DNA from: Candidatus Krumholzibacteriia bacterium
Lineage (GTDB): Bacteria; Krumholzibacteriota; Krumholzibacteriia; JAJRXK01
NCBI GenBank assembly: GCA_041484665.1
Contig: JBGPIA010000005.1
Span: forward strand, 1 to 64,000
DNA: 64,000 nt
Direction: 5' to 3'
A program made the position numbers and the translations under genes. The notes beneath the pieces were generated by a model. That model made no database searches and was not told where the DNA came from. It saw only the letters and a list, made by a program, of their open reading frames with translations. Shown here one piece after another: positions 36,357-46,058 of the stretch. Position 1 is the stretch's first letter. The number at the start of each line of letters is the position of its first letter.

Positions 36357-37841
36357 ATGACCGATCCGACCAGCACCGCTCCTGCGCACGGCGCTTTGTT
36401 GCCGCCGGCTCCCAGCCAGGGGGCCGCGCTGTCCGGCGTTTCGAGCCACGGGGGCCCGCCGTCGTTGGTTCCCGCACCAGGGGGCGTGGCGCAGGCGGTT
36501 GCCACTCACGGTGGCGCTGCGCCCTTGGCCTCAGGCCAGGGCGCTGCGGGCGCTTCGGCGCCCCCCGCTGCAGCCGTCCCGCCGGGTGCCCAGGCGGTTA
36601 CCTCGGTGCTCGGGCCTGCGGGCGGCGAGAGCAAGGCCACGCGGCACAAGGCCTTCTACCGCAAACTCGACGCGCTGCTGGGCCAGATCGGGTTGGAGCA
36701 GGGGATCGAGTCGATGCTGACCGCGATCCTCGTCCGTGTGACCGACGATTTCGCCGAGGTCACGGGCATCGTGTCGGGTCGCCTCTACAAGGAAGACGGC
36801 GACGACTACGTGGTCGTGCGCAGCTTCGGCGCGAAGGGGAAGGCGATCCTGGGCTTCCGCGTGCCGAAGACCTACACCCCGTTCCGCAGCCTCGCGCGCG
36901 AGAAGACGGGTTTCTTCGCAGCCGACGATCCGCGCCTGGACCGCCAGCTCGAGGGCGAGCTGGGCGTCGGCCACTTCGTCGCCTTTTACGTCGGAACCAC
37001 GGGCCGCTACATCGCGGCTTTCGGGATCGGCGCACAGGCCGACGTGGAAGAGGCGCTGCTGACGATCAACACGCTGCGCTACGCCATCCAGCACCGCATC
37101 CGCGAGTTGACCCTGGAGGGGCAGCTCAAGGAAGCGCGCTCCATCCAAATGAGCATGCTCCCGGAGGAGCCGCCGGAATTCCCGGGCTTCGAGCTGACCG
37201 GGCGCAGCATCCCCGCCGAGGAGGTCGGCGGTGACATCTACGATTTCATCCCCATCGACGATTCGCTGCTGGGCGTCGCCATCGGCGACGCGTCGGGGCA
37301 CGGGCTGCCCGCGGCGCTGCAGGCGCGCGACGCGGTGACCGGCCTACGCATGGGCGTGCAGCGGGACCTCAAGATCACGTCGGTGCTCCACAAGCTCAAC
37401 AACGTGATCCACTACAGCGGGCTGACCAGCCGCTTCGTGAGCCTCTTCTACGGCGAGCTGGAGCGCAGCGGCACCTTCGTGTACGTCAACGCCGGCCACA
37501 ACGCCGGGCTCATGCTGCGCGCCGACGGCACGCGCAGCGAGCTGGGCTCGACTGGGATCGTGCTGGGTCCTGTGGAGGACGCGGCCTACCGCCGCAACTT
37601 CGTTTTCTTCCAGCCCGGCGACACCATGGTGCTCTACACCGATGGGATGATCGAGCGCTTGGGCCCCGCCGGGGAGTACGGATTGGACCGGCTCGAGAAG
37701 GTCGCCCGCGAGGGGCTGTCCAAGTCCCTCCCGTTGCCGGAGGTGCTCGCGTCGCTGTTCGACGACACCTTCCGCTTCGGGGACGGCATGCCGTGGAGCG
37801 ACGACGCGACCGTTGTCATGGTCCGCCGCCTGCCGGCTTGA
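36357..37841 (+). CDS. PP2C/SpoIIE (RsbU-like) Ser/Thr phosphatase with GAF-like domain
   Basis: ARSIQMSMLP, VGGDIYDF, IGDASGHGLPAAL, YVNAGH, LYTDGMIE, DDATVV. Confidence 0.92.
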   Translation: MTDPTSTAPAHGALLPPAPSQGAALSGVSSHGGPPSLVPAPGGVAQAVATHGGAAPLASGQGAAGASAPPAAAVPPGAQAVTSVLGPAGGESKATRHKAFYRKLDALLGQIGLEQGIESMLTAILVRVTDDFAEVTGIVSGRLYKEDGDDYVVVRSFGAKGKAILGFRVPKTYTPFRSLAREKTGFFAADDPRLDRQLEGELGVGHFVAFYVGTTGRYIAAFGIGAQADVEEALLTINTLRYAIQHRIRELTLEGQLKEARSIQMSMLPEEPPEFPGFELTGRSIPAEEVGGDIYDFIPIDDSLLGVAIGDASGHGLPAALQARDAVTGLRMGVQRDLKITSVLHKLNNVIHYSGLTSRFVSLFYGELERSGTFVYVNAGHNAGLMLRADGTRSELGSTGIVLGPVEDAAYRRNFVFFQPGDTMVLYTDGMIERLGPAGEYGLDRLEKVAREGLSKSLPLPEVLASLFDDTFRFGDGMPWSDDATVVMVRRLPA

Positions 37842-38233
37842 CGGTTTGCGACGCGCTCTGGTCGCTGGCTGCCGCCTGCCGGCTCGACGCTCTGCCGCCT
37901 GCCCGCTGGACGCCCTGCCGCCTGCCGGCCGACGGTCCTCCCCTTGACCTCGCGATGGTGCGCCATTCGCCAGTTTGCCAGAGTGATGATGCGCGGCCGG
38001 GCGCGCGCCGCTTGCCCTGACCGCCACCGCACCCTTGCTTTGGGGCAACGCCGGGTCCGCCGGGCCGCCCGGAGGTGGTCCAGTGCCATGAGAGCCCGGC
38101 TCGGCCGCCCGCGACCGCCCTGGGGAGGCTTCCCCACGGCGGTGAGCGCCCCCTGCTACCGGGCTGTCGGCTTGGCGAAGGCTGGGCGAAGCCGTATCGT
38201 CGCCCCGTCGCGCGCCCAGCGGCGGAGGAACCC

Positions 38234-39055
38234 GTGATTCCTGGGACATTCATGCCGTTCTGGGGCGCCCTGCCGCTGTATGTCGCGGCCGGCGCGCTGT
38301 ACGCGGTCTCGTTCTTCTCCGAGCGCCGCGACCTCGCCCGTCGCGCCAGCCTTCTGGTTGGTGTGAACATCCTCCTGCACGCCTTGGGGCTGCTCATCCT
38401 AGGAGCACAGCGCGGGGCTTGGCCGCCGGTCAGCACGGGGGAGTCGCTCTCGGAGGTCGCGCTGGCCACCGCGATGATCTACCTGTACCTGGAGGTCCGG
38501 ACCGCGCAGCGCGGGATGGGCCTGTTCGCGCTGGTGCTGGTGATCGCGTTCCAGCTGGGCGCGGCGGTGCGCGGTGCGGCCCATACGGTGTCGCCCATCC
38601 TGCACTCGCCGATCCTGGCCCCGCACACCTTCGCCAATATCCTCGCGTTCACGAGCTTCACCATCGGTGCCTTCACCTCGGTGACGTACCTGCTGCAGTA
38701 CCGCCGGCTGCGCAGTGGCCGGCCCGGCACGCTCTTCACGCGTCTGCCGCCGCTGGAGGTCGTCGACACCATGACCTTCCGGTCGACGCAGGCGGGAATG
38801 CTCTTCCTGACGGTCGGCATGGTGCTGGGGGCGATCCTGGCGCACATCAAATGGGGTAGGGCCTGGAGCTGGGACCCCAAGCAGTGCACCACCCTGACGA
38901 TCTGGCTGCTCTACGCGCTGGTGCTCTACCTGCGCCGCTTCCGCTCCTGGCAGGGGGGTCGCATCTCGGCGATGACGTTGACGGCGTTCGGCGCTGTCGT
39001 CCTCTCACTCTTCCTGGTGTCGACGGTGATCAAGTCCGCGCACCAATTCGCATGA
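38234..39055 (+). CDS. ccsA: Cytochrome c biogenesis CcsA/HemX-like membrane protein
   Basis: GGAGG RBS; conserved His (LLHAL, APHT); RLPPLEVVD; WGRAWSWDPKQ (WWD motif); lies upstream of hemA. Confidence 0.85.
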   Translation: MIPGTFMPFWGALPLYVAAGALYAVSFFSERRDLARRASLLVGVNILLHALGLLILGAQRGAWPPVSTGESLSEVALATAMIYLYLEVRTAQRGMGLFALVLVIAFQLGAAVRGAAHTVSPILHSPILAPHTFANILAFTSFTIGAFTSVTYLLQYRRLRSGRPGTLFTRLPPLEVVDTMTFRSTQAGMLFLTVGMVLGAILAHIKWGRAWSWDPKQCTTLTIWLLYALVLYLRRFRSWQGGRISAMTLTAFGAVVLSLFLVSTVIKSAHQFA

Positions 39056-39065
39056 GGCGGCAGCC

Positions 39066-40334
39066 GTGACGCTCCTGCTGCTCGGGCAGAACCACGAGAC
39101 CGCGCCGGTCGACCTGCGCGAGCGCGTGGCCTTCACGCCCGACAAGCTGGAGCTGGCCGCCGGGCTCATCACGCGCGACGACCTGCTGCGCGAGGGCGCC
39201 GTGCTGTCCACGTGCAACCGCGCCGAGCTGTACGCCGTGTGCGACGATCCCGAGCAGGGGGAGGCGCGGCTGGCAGCCCTGCTCTCCAGCGTGCATGGCG
39301 TGTCGCTCGCTGCGCTGGACGGCTCGCTCTACCGCCTGCGCGAGGAGGAGGCGGCCCGGCATCTGTTTCGGGTGGCCAGCGGGCTGGACTCCATGATCGT
39401 GGGCGAGGGACAGATCCTGGGGCAGGTGAAGGACGCCTACAGCTGGGCTCGCGAGCGCCAGCTCGCCCACGAGACCCTGCACCGGCTGTTCCACCACGCG
39501 GTGGCATGCGGCAAGCAGGTTCGCCGCGACACCGCGATCGGTGAGGGCGCGGTCTCGGTCGCCTACGCCGCGGTCGACTTGGCGCGCCGGATCTTCCGCG
39601 ACCTCAGCCAGCAAACGGTGCTGCTGCTGGGCGCCGGCGAGACCGGGCGCAAGGTCGCCCGGCAGCTGCAGCAGTACGGCGTGCGCGACCTGCGCGTGAG
39701 CAACCGCACGATTGGACGCGCGGAGGAGCTGGCGACGGAGCTCACAGCCTCGCTCGTGCCCTGGGACTTGTTCCCCGAGCATCTGGCGGAGGCGGGGATC
39801 GTGGTCACCGCCACCGCCTCGGCCGACCCGATCCTCACCACCAAGCACGTGCGCGCGGCGCTGCACGAGCGCGGCCGGCGCACGCTGTTCCTGATCGACC
39901 TCTCGGTGCCGCGCAACGTCCAGCCCGAGGTCGCCCGGCTGGCCGGCGTCTTCCTCTACAACATCGACGCTCTCAAGGGCATCGTCGACGAGCAGCGCGA
40001 GCTGCGGCGCAAGGAGGCGCTCAAGGCCGAGCGCATCGTCGAGGAGCAGCTGCGCGAGTTCCTGCAGTGGTACCGCGCCCGTGCGGCCGCGCCGACTCTG
40101 ACCGAGATCCGCGAGCGGATCGAGGCGGTGCGCCAGGCCGAGTTGGCAGCGGCGCGCGCCCGTCTCACCCCCGAGGCCTACGAGGAGCTCGACCGCATCA
40201 CGCGGCGCCTGGTGAACAAGATCCTCCATACTCCCACCGTGCAGCTGAAGAAGCAGATGGGCCAAGAAGAGGAGCAGCGTCTGCTGCAGCAGGTGCGCGA
40301 TCTGTTCGGGCTCGACGACGCCCCGAGCGCGTGA
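39066..40334 (+). CDS. hemA: Glutamyl-tRNA reductase
   Basis: NHETAPVDLRE, LSTCNRAELY, HLFRVASGLDSMIVGEGQILGQVK, LGAGETG, IDLSVPRN. Confidence 0.97.
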   Translation: MTLLLLGQNHETAPVDLRERVAFTPDKLELAAGLITRDDLLREGAVLSTCNRAELYAVCDDPEQGEARLAALLSSVHGVSLAALDGSLYRLREEEAARHLFRVASGLDSMIVGEGQILGQVKDAYSWARERQLAHETLHRLFHHAVACGKQVRRDTAIGEGAVSVAYAAVDLARRIFRDLSQQTVLLLGAGETGRKVARQLQQYGVRDLRVSNRTIGRAEELATELTASLVPWDLFPEHLAEAGIVVTATASADPILTTKHVRAALHERGRRTLFLIDLSVPRNVQPEVARLAGVFLYNIDALKGIVDEQRELRRKEALKAERIVEEQLREFLQWYRARAAAPTLTEIRERIEAVRQAELAAARARLTPEAYEELDRITRRLVNKILHTPTVQLKKQMGQEEEQRLLQQVRDLFGLDDAPSA

Positions 40335-40347
40335 GGCCGGCCTCCCC

Positions 40348-41280
40348 ATGAGCCCGCCGCGGCCGCCGCTGGCGCAGTTGCGCGTGTGGATCACGCGGCC
40401 CGCCCCGGCCGGCGAGCAGAGCGCGCTGCAGTGGCGCGCCGCAGGCGCAGCAGCCGACGTCGTTCCCCTGGTCGAGCTGTGCGCGCGCTCGCTGTCCAAG
40501 GCCGAGCTGCTATCGATCGCGGCGTGGGCGCACGACGCTACGGTCCTCTTGACCAGCGCGAACGCTGCGCGCTTCCTGTTGGATGCCGTCGCGGCCGACG
40601 CGCAGCTTGCTGCGCTGCTGCTGCGTCGCCCGGCGGCGTGTCTGGGCGAGGCGACCGCTGCCGCGGCGCGCGCGCTTGGCTACCGTGTCGCACGGGTGGC
40701 CTCGCGGGCCACGGGAGTGGATCTCGCGGCGGAGCTAGCCGCCACCGGCGAGGCAGCGCCGGGGCAGCGCCTGCGTGGGCCGACCTTGCCCGGGCAGACC
40801 CTGGGCGGGCAAACTCTGGGTGACCAGACCCCGGGTGACCAGACCCTGGGCGACCGGACCCTCGGCGGGCAGACCTTGCGCGGGCAGACCTTGCGCGGGC
40901 AGTCCTTCCTCCTGCCGGCGAGCGATCTCCACCGCCCCGAGCTGGAGCAAGCGCTGCGCGCGTACGGGGCGGACGTGATCACGATGACCGTCTATCATGC
41001 AGTGCCCCTCGCGTGGCTCCCCGACGGAGCGATCAGCGCGCTGCGGTCGCGTGGCGTCGACGCGGTCGCACTGTACAGTCCGTCGGCCGTCACCGGGCTG
41101 CTGCAAGCGGCCGCCGCCGCGGATCTGGACCGCGCCGGGCTGCCTGCCGCGCTGGTGCTGGGGCCGACGACGGCTGCGGCCGCAAAGGCGCGCGGGCTGC
41201 AGGTGGTGGCCAGCCCCGAGGCCCCGGGCGAGGACGCGCTGATCGAGGCGGCTGCCCGGTGGTGGGCGCAGCGGAAATGA
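40348..41280 (+). CDS. hemD: Uroporphyrinogen-III synthase with pentapeptide repeat insertion
   Basis: VWITRP, LTSANA, CLGEATAAA, VYHAVP, LYSPSAV, LGPTTAAA. Confidence 0.85.
   Translation: MSPPRPPLAQLRVWITRPAPAGEQSALQWRAAGAAADVVPLVELCARSLSKAELLSIAAWAHDATVLLTSANAARFLLDAVAADAQLAALLLRRPAACLGEATAAAARALGYRVARVASRATGVDLAAELAATGEAAPGQRLRGPTLPGQTLGGQTLGDQTPGDQTLGDRTLGGQTLRGQTLRGQSFLLPASDLHRPELEQALRAYGADVITMTVYHAVPLAWLPDGAISALRSRGVDAVALYSPSAVTGLLQAAAAADLDRAGLPAALVLGPTTAAAAKARGLQVVASPEAPGEDALIEAAARWWAQRK
40762..40905 (+). repeat. 15-bp in-frame tandem repeat (about 9 copies, GQTLx) inside hemD
   Basis: Units such as GGGCAGACCCTGGGC, GACCAGACCCTGGGC and GGGCAGACCTTGCGC (twice). Confidence 0.9.
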
Positions 41281-41380
41281 CCGGCTCGACGACCGCGGCG
41301 GCGGTGGCAACTTGCTCTCGCCCACCGCGGGCTGCAACGCACTGCCGCGCGCTGCGGGCGGCAGTCAACGGGAGCGGCGC

Positions 41381-43060
41381 ATGAACCCTTACAGGATCGA
41401 GCGGGCCAGATGGCGGGAGGCGCTGGGCCCAGGCGCGGTCGCCGCAGCTGCTGGGCTCGCCCTCGCGCTCGTGCTGGCGCTGCGCCACGGCGTGCGGCCG
41501 GGGCTTCCGCTCGATGATGCGTGGATCCACGCGGCCTTCGCTCGCCACGTCGCCCGGCATGGGCAGTGGGGCCTCTTCACGGGGGACGCCAGCGGCGGCG
41601 AGAGCAGCCTGCTCTGGCCGCTGCTCCTGGCTCCGGGCGAGCTACTGGGTGCTGCGCGCGCCCCGCTGCTGGCGCTGCTCTTGGGGAGCGTCGGGTGGCT
41701 GCTGCTGCCCGGCTGCGTCGGCGCGGCGGCGACGTCCCCGCGGCGCGGCTGGACCCTGGCCGTCTGCGTTGGACTGTGCGGTCCGCTGCTCTTCCTCGCA
41801 GTATCGGGAATGGAGACGATCGGGGCGCTGGCTCTGGGCATGGGCGCACTGGTGCTGGCCGTGCGAGGCCGGCTGCGCGTGGCGGGCCTGGCCGCCGCCG
41901 CCGGCACTGCGTTGCGCCCCGACGGCGTGCTGGTGCTCCTGCCGGTGCTGGTGGCCGGCGTAATCCACCGCCTCGACGTCGAGGAGGACGCGCGGGACAC
42001 GTTCGCGGTACCGGGGGACGCGCGGCGCGAGGCCTGGCGCCAGACGTGGCGAGCGCTGGTGCCTGGGGTGATCGCTTCGGCCGCGGCGATCCTGCTGCTG
42101 GGAATGCTCGAAGGGCGCATCCCGCCGGCGACGTTGGGCGGTCGGCGCTGGATCGTGGGGCTGCCGGTCGCGCTGGATCCGCTGGGATCCGTGCACCGGC
42201 TGCCCGAGTTCCTGATGGCGTGGGTCCGGGCGATCACGGCCGATCTGGGGTGGGGCCGCGTCGCCACCCAGCACCCGTTTCCAGGAGTGCTGCTGGTGCG
42301 CTGGGCCTGGAAGCTCGCGGTGGTGATCGCGCTGCCGTGCGGAGTCGTTTCCGTTCTGCGCCAGCACCGCGAGGAGCCGCTGCGCGGGCGCCTCGCGCTG
42401 TTGCTCGCGCTGTGGACGCTGCTGGTTCTGCTGTTCTACGCGCTCGTGCTCCCGGCGCGCGGCCACCTGGGCCGGTACCAGCCGCAGGTATTCCTGCTGT
42501 TCGTGCTGCTCGCGGTCGACGGCGTCGGCCTGCTGTTGCGCCGGGGATCGCAGTCGCGCGCGCTGGGGTGGGCGTGCGGCATCGTGCTGGCCGCGGGGCT
42601 TGTGGCGGGCTGGCTGAACGCGGCGCGGCTGTGGGGGCGGGCCGTGGAGACGTTGGATCGCGTGCATCTGCAGGCCGCCAAGGATCTCCCGGCGCTGCTG
42701 CCGCCCGCTGCCCGCGTGGCGGCGTTCGATGTGGGTGTGCTCGCCTACTTCCATGACGGCGCCCTGGTCGACCTCAGCGGGCTTTCCGACCCGGAGATCG
42801 CGGCCGCGCTGCCCGGAGGCGATCTGGCGCCGCTGCTCCAGAAACGCGGTGCGACGCACTTGCTGCTCCCCGAGATGGGCGCGCAGGGCCCGCAGTCGCT
42901 GGCGGCACGCTTGGGGCTGCTGCCGCACGGGGGATTCGCGCTGGAGCCGCTGGGCGCCTGGGAGGCTCCCGAGGGCGTGTGGGGGGAGGCGTTCGCCTTC
43001 TCGGGCAACGTGTTCCCCCGGCTCGAGCTGTTCCGGATCCGCTACAGCGGGGGGCCGTAG
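41381..43060 (+). CDS. Multi-pass membrane protein, GT-C glycosyltransferase-like
   Basis: LDDAWIH..FARH, GESSLLWPLL, SGMET, LRPDG, GRYQP, DVGVLAY..LVDLSGLSDP; many TM helices. Confidence 0.7.
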   Translation: MNPYRIERARWREALGPGAVAAAAGLALALVLALRHGVRPGLPLDDAWIHAAFARHVARHGQWGLFTGDASGGESSLLWPLLLAPGELLGAARAPLLALLLGSVGWLLLPGCVGAAATSPRRGWTLAVCVGLCGPLLFLAVSGMETIGALALGMGALVLAVRGRLRVAGLAAAAGTALRPDGVLVLLPVLVAGVIHRLDVEEDARDTFAVPGDARREAWRQTWRALVPGVIASAAAILLLGMLEGRIPPATLGGRRWIVGLPVALDPLGSVHRLPEFLMAWVRAITADLGWGRVATQHPFPGVLLVRWAWKLAVVIALPCGVVSVLRQHREEPLRGRLALLLALWTLLVLLFYALVLPARGHLGRYQPQVFLLFVLLAVDGVGLLLRRGSQSRALGWACGIVLAAGLVAGWLNAARLWGRAVETLDRVHLQAAKDLPALLPPAARVAAFDVGVLAYFHDGALVDLSGLSDPEIAAALPGGDLAPLLQKRGATHLLLPEMGAQGPQSLAARLGLLPHGGFALEPLGAWEAPEGVWGEAFAFSGNVFPRLELFRIRYSGGP

Positions 43061-43224
43061 CGCGCGGCAGGCGCGAGCGCTCGGGCGACACCGGGCTCTT
43101 CGGTTACAGCCTGTCCCATCGGTCGTCCGCTGTTGCGCGCGGGGCGGCCGCTATCGTTCGCGAGGCGGACGCTGCTGGGCGCGGATTGGCCGCCTGCGCA
43201 CGCGACCGGTATACTTCGGCCGCC

Positions 43225-43863
43225 ATGCGCATCACCGAGATCTTCTACAGCATCCAGGGCGAGGGCACCCGCCGCGGTCGGCCGTGCGCGTTCGTGCGAC
43301 TGACCGGGTGCAACCTGCGCTGCGTGTGGTGCGATACGGCCTACGCGTTCGAGGGCGGCACGGGCATGTCTTTCGGAGAGGTGGTGGAGCAGGTCGAGCG
43401 CTTCCCGACGAGACTGGCGTGCGTCACAGGCGGCGAGCCGCTGCTGCAACAGGAGGTCCATGCGCTCATGGCGGCGCTCTTGGACCGCGGATGGACGGTG
43501 CTGTTGGAGACCGGCGGCGGGCTCGATGCGCGCTCCGTGGATCCACGCGTGGTACGCATCCTGGACCTGAAGGCTCCCGGCAGCGGTGAGCTGGCCCGCT
43601 ACGACTGGCGCAATCTGGAGGTGCTGCGCGACCACGACGAGCTGAAGATCGTCATCGCCGACCGAGCCGACTACGAGTGGGCGCGCGCGCAGATTCGCGA
43701 CCGCGCCTTGGCATCGCGGGTGGCGGCGGTGCTGCTGTCGCCGGTGCACGGCGTGATGGACCCGGCGGAGCTGGCGGGGTGGCTATTGGAAGATGGCCTG
43801 CCGGCGACGCTGCAGCTGCAGGAGCACAAGATTCTGTGGCCGGGCGTGGAGCGAGGGGTGTGA
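43225..43863 (+). CDS. queE: 7-carboxy-7-deazaguanine synthase (radical SAM)
   Basis: EIFYSIQGEG, FVRLTGCNLRCVWCDT, TGGEPLLQ, LETGG, QLQEHKILW. Confidence 0.95.
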   Translation: MRITEIFYSIQGEGTRRGRPCAFVRLTGCNLRCVWCDTAYAFEGGTGMSFGEVVEQVERFPTRLACVTGGEPLLQQEVHALMAALLDRGWTVLLETGGGLDARSVDPRVVRILDLKAPGSGELARYDWRNLEVLRDHDELKIVIADRADYEWARAQIRDRALASRVAAVLLSPVHGVMDPAELAGWLLEDGLPATLQLQEHKILWPGVERGV

Positions 43864-44783
43864 GGGTGGCGAGTCCGCGAGGGGAGAATGCGGATGCGGG
43901 TGGTGCGGGCCGTGCTGGCGGTAGCGGCGGTGAGGGCGGTGCTGGCGGTGGCGGTAACGCTCGCGGGGGCGGGGGCGCTGACCGAAGCAGCGGGGGCGCT
44001 CGCGGCGCCAGCCGCGGCGCTGGCGGCGGCAGCGGTGACCTGGACGGTCGTGATCGTGACGCAAGCGCCGCCGGCCGCCGGCTGGCCGTTGTCTGCCTCA
44101 GTGGCGGGATGGACAGCTGCGTGACGCTGGCCGAGGCCGCGCTGCGCCACGAGCCGTGTGCTCTGCACTTCAGCTACGGTCAGCGCACCCAGGCGCGAGA
44201 GCTGCGCGCCTTCCACGCCATCTGCGACCACTTCGACGTGCTGCGGCGGCTCACGGCGAGCCAGCCGGCGCTGCGGGAGGTGGGAGGCTCGGCGCTCACC
44301 GATCCGTCCATCGCGGTGCCGATGCAGGAGCCGAGCGCTGCGGCCGTGGAGGCCTCCGGCACCCCGGGCGCGCGCGCCGCCGAGATCCCCGTTACGTATG
44401 TCCCGTTCCGCAACGCCCAGATCTTGTCGCTGGCGGTTGCGTGGGCCGAGGCTCTGGGCGCGGAGTCCGTGCACATGGGCGCCGTGGAGGAGGACAGCTC
44501 GGGCTATCCTGACTGTCGCGAGCAGTTCTTTCACGCGTTCGCGGCAGCAGTCGACGTCGGCACGAAGCCGGAGTCCCACATCGGGATCGTGACGCCGCTC
44601 ATCCATATGACCAAAGCGCAGATCGTTCGGCGTGGTGCGGAGTTGGGCGCGCCGTTCCACCTGACGTGGTCGTGCTACACCGAAGAGGAAGCCGCCTGTG
44701 GAGAATGCGAAAGCTGCCGGCTGCGGTTGCGAGGTTTCCAAACAGCAGGCGTGAAGGACCCGATCCCGTATCGGATGCGCTAG
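43860..44783 (+). CDS. queC: 7-cyano-7-deazaguanine synthase with Gly-rich N-extension
   Basis: VCLSGGMDS, FSYGQR, TYVPFRN, GYPDCR, TWSCY..ACGECESCRLR; GTG start overlaps the queE stop. Confidence 0.95.
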   Translation: MRVASPRGENADAGGAGRAGGSGGEGGAGGGGNARGGGGADRSSGGARGASRGAGGGSGDLDGRDRDASAAGRRLAVVCLSGGMDSCVTLAEAALRHEPCALHFSYGQRTQARELRAFHAICDHFDVLRRLTASQPALREVGGSALTDPSIAVPMQEPSAAAVEASGTPGARAAEIPVTYVPFRNAQILSLAVAWAEALGAESVHMGAVEEDSSGYPDCREQFFHAFAAAVDVGTKPESHIGIVTPLIHMTKAQIVRRGAELGAPFHLTWSCYTEEEAACGECESCRLRLRGFQTAGVKDPIPYRMR

Positions 44784-45808
44784 GGACTCGTCCGTGCGGA
44801 GCCCGCTACAGCCTGCCGGATACTCTCGACTGCCACGACCTCGTCGGCCCTCACCCGTGGCGGGTTGACCTCGTACTGGCTGAAGTCGTGCTTCTCGTAG
44901 GCATCGCAGCGGCTGCACAGGTGGATCAGCTCGCGGCGCCCGTCGTTGAGCAGCGTGCGTACCGCGTCGTACTGGGCGCTGCCCCAGATCTCCATGACCC
45001 CATGGGTCGTCACGTCGCCCACCACGCCGCGCTCCTTGGTATCCCAGCAGCACAGAGTGGCTCGCCCATCGGAGAAGAAGTACATGCCGTCCATCATCTT
45101 CAGACATGGCTTGGCCACTGGCTGCTTCTGACCTTGCCACGGCCACGTGTAGAGGTCGGTGATAACCACCTGGTCGCAGAGCGGGGCCCAGAAGTCCTTG
45201 TAGGCCTGGTGCTCGTGCCGGTTCTCGGGCATGTCGATCATGCGCACTTCGGTGTAGCAGGTCCGGCCGTAGCCGCCCGCGCGCCAGATCTTCAGGAACT
45301 CCGTGGTGCGTTTGACGACCTGATCGTAATCCAAGCCCACGCGGCTGGGGGCGTACACCTCACGGCTGAAGCCGTCGATCGAAAACCGCATGATGTCGAT
45401 GCCGATGTCGAGGATCTCGCGGCTGAGCTTCTCGGTGAGCAGGCTGCCGTTGGTGTTGAACTCGATTTTGGCTGTGAGATCCTTGCGGATGTGGCGCATG
45501 ATCTCGGGCACGCGCTTGTCGACGAACGGTTCGTTTTGTAGGAATGGCCTGTAGACGATCCCGAGCCCGCGCGTGTCGTCGATGATTTTCTTCCACACCC
45601 AGTCGTACATGCGCACCGGCTGGCGCGCAATATCGTGCTGCGGGCAGAACGGACACTCCGCGTTGCAGGTGACTACGGTCTCGATCTGCAGGTACCGCGG
45701 CACCTCCGGATAGGGCATGTCCCAGCGGGTCGCGACGGGCGCGCGCTGGGTCGTGGCCGCAGCGGTGGCCTGGGTGGCCGCGTGAGCAGCGGCCGGGACG
45801 GTGGCCAT
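44780..45808 (-). CDS. Radical SAM protein with SPASM/Twitch domain
   Basis: AAGGAGG RBS; CNAECPFC; NEPF; TNGSLL; FSIDG; PCLKM..G..LCCWD..GDV..EIW..CSRC. Confidence 0.92.
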   Translation of the reverse strand: MATVPAAAHAATQATAAATTQRAPVATRWDMPYPEVPRYLQIETVVTCNAECPFCPQHDIARQPVRMYDWVWKKIIDDTRGLGIVYRPFLQNEPFVDKRVPEIMRHIRKDLTAKIEFNTNGSLLTEKLSREILDIGIDIMRFSIDGFSREVYAPSRVGLDYDQVVKRTTEFLKIWRAGGYGRTCYTEVRMIDMPENRHEHQAYKDFWAPLCDQVVITDLYTWPWQGQKQPVAKPCLKMMDGMYFFSDGRATLCCWDTKERGVVGDVTTHGVMEIWGSAQYDAVRTLLNDGRRELIHLCSRCDAYEKHDFSQYEVNPPRVRADEVVAVESIRQAVAGSARTSP

Positions 45809-46058
45809 GATCGCAGGGTCCTCCTTCGGGCAGCGTTGCCGGCCGGAAGGGCCCGCAAAGCCACGCTATTGAACGGCAAGGAGGCGTCCAGCGCAAGGGC
45901 GGTGGGTGGGGGGCAGCCAACGCGACGGTGGCTGGGATGGAGGCGGCCGGCGCACGGGCGGGTCGGTCGACGGACGCTGCGCTCGAGGGTGGCCGATGCG
46001 CGGGCCGCTTCCGAGGCCAGAGCCTCGCGGCCCCTGCGACGTGCCCGCTCCGAGGCGC

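Noticed and set aside
43225..44783. queE-queC as a 7-deazaguanine DNA-modification (Dpd) defence system, or with a preQ1 riboswitch
   Set aside because: No dpdA/tgt-like genes are nearby and no preQ1 aptamer is recognisable; ordinary queuosine synthesis suffices.
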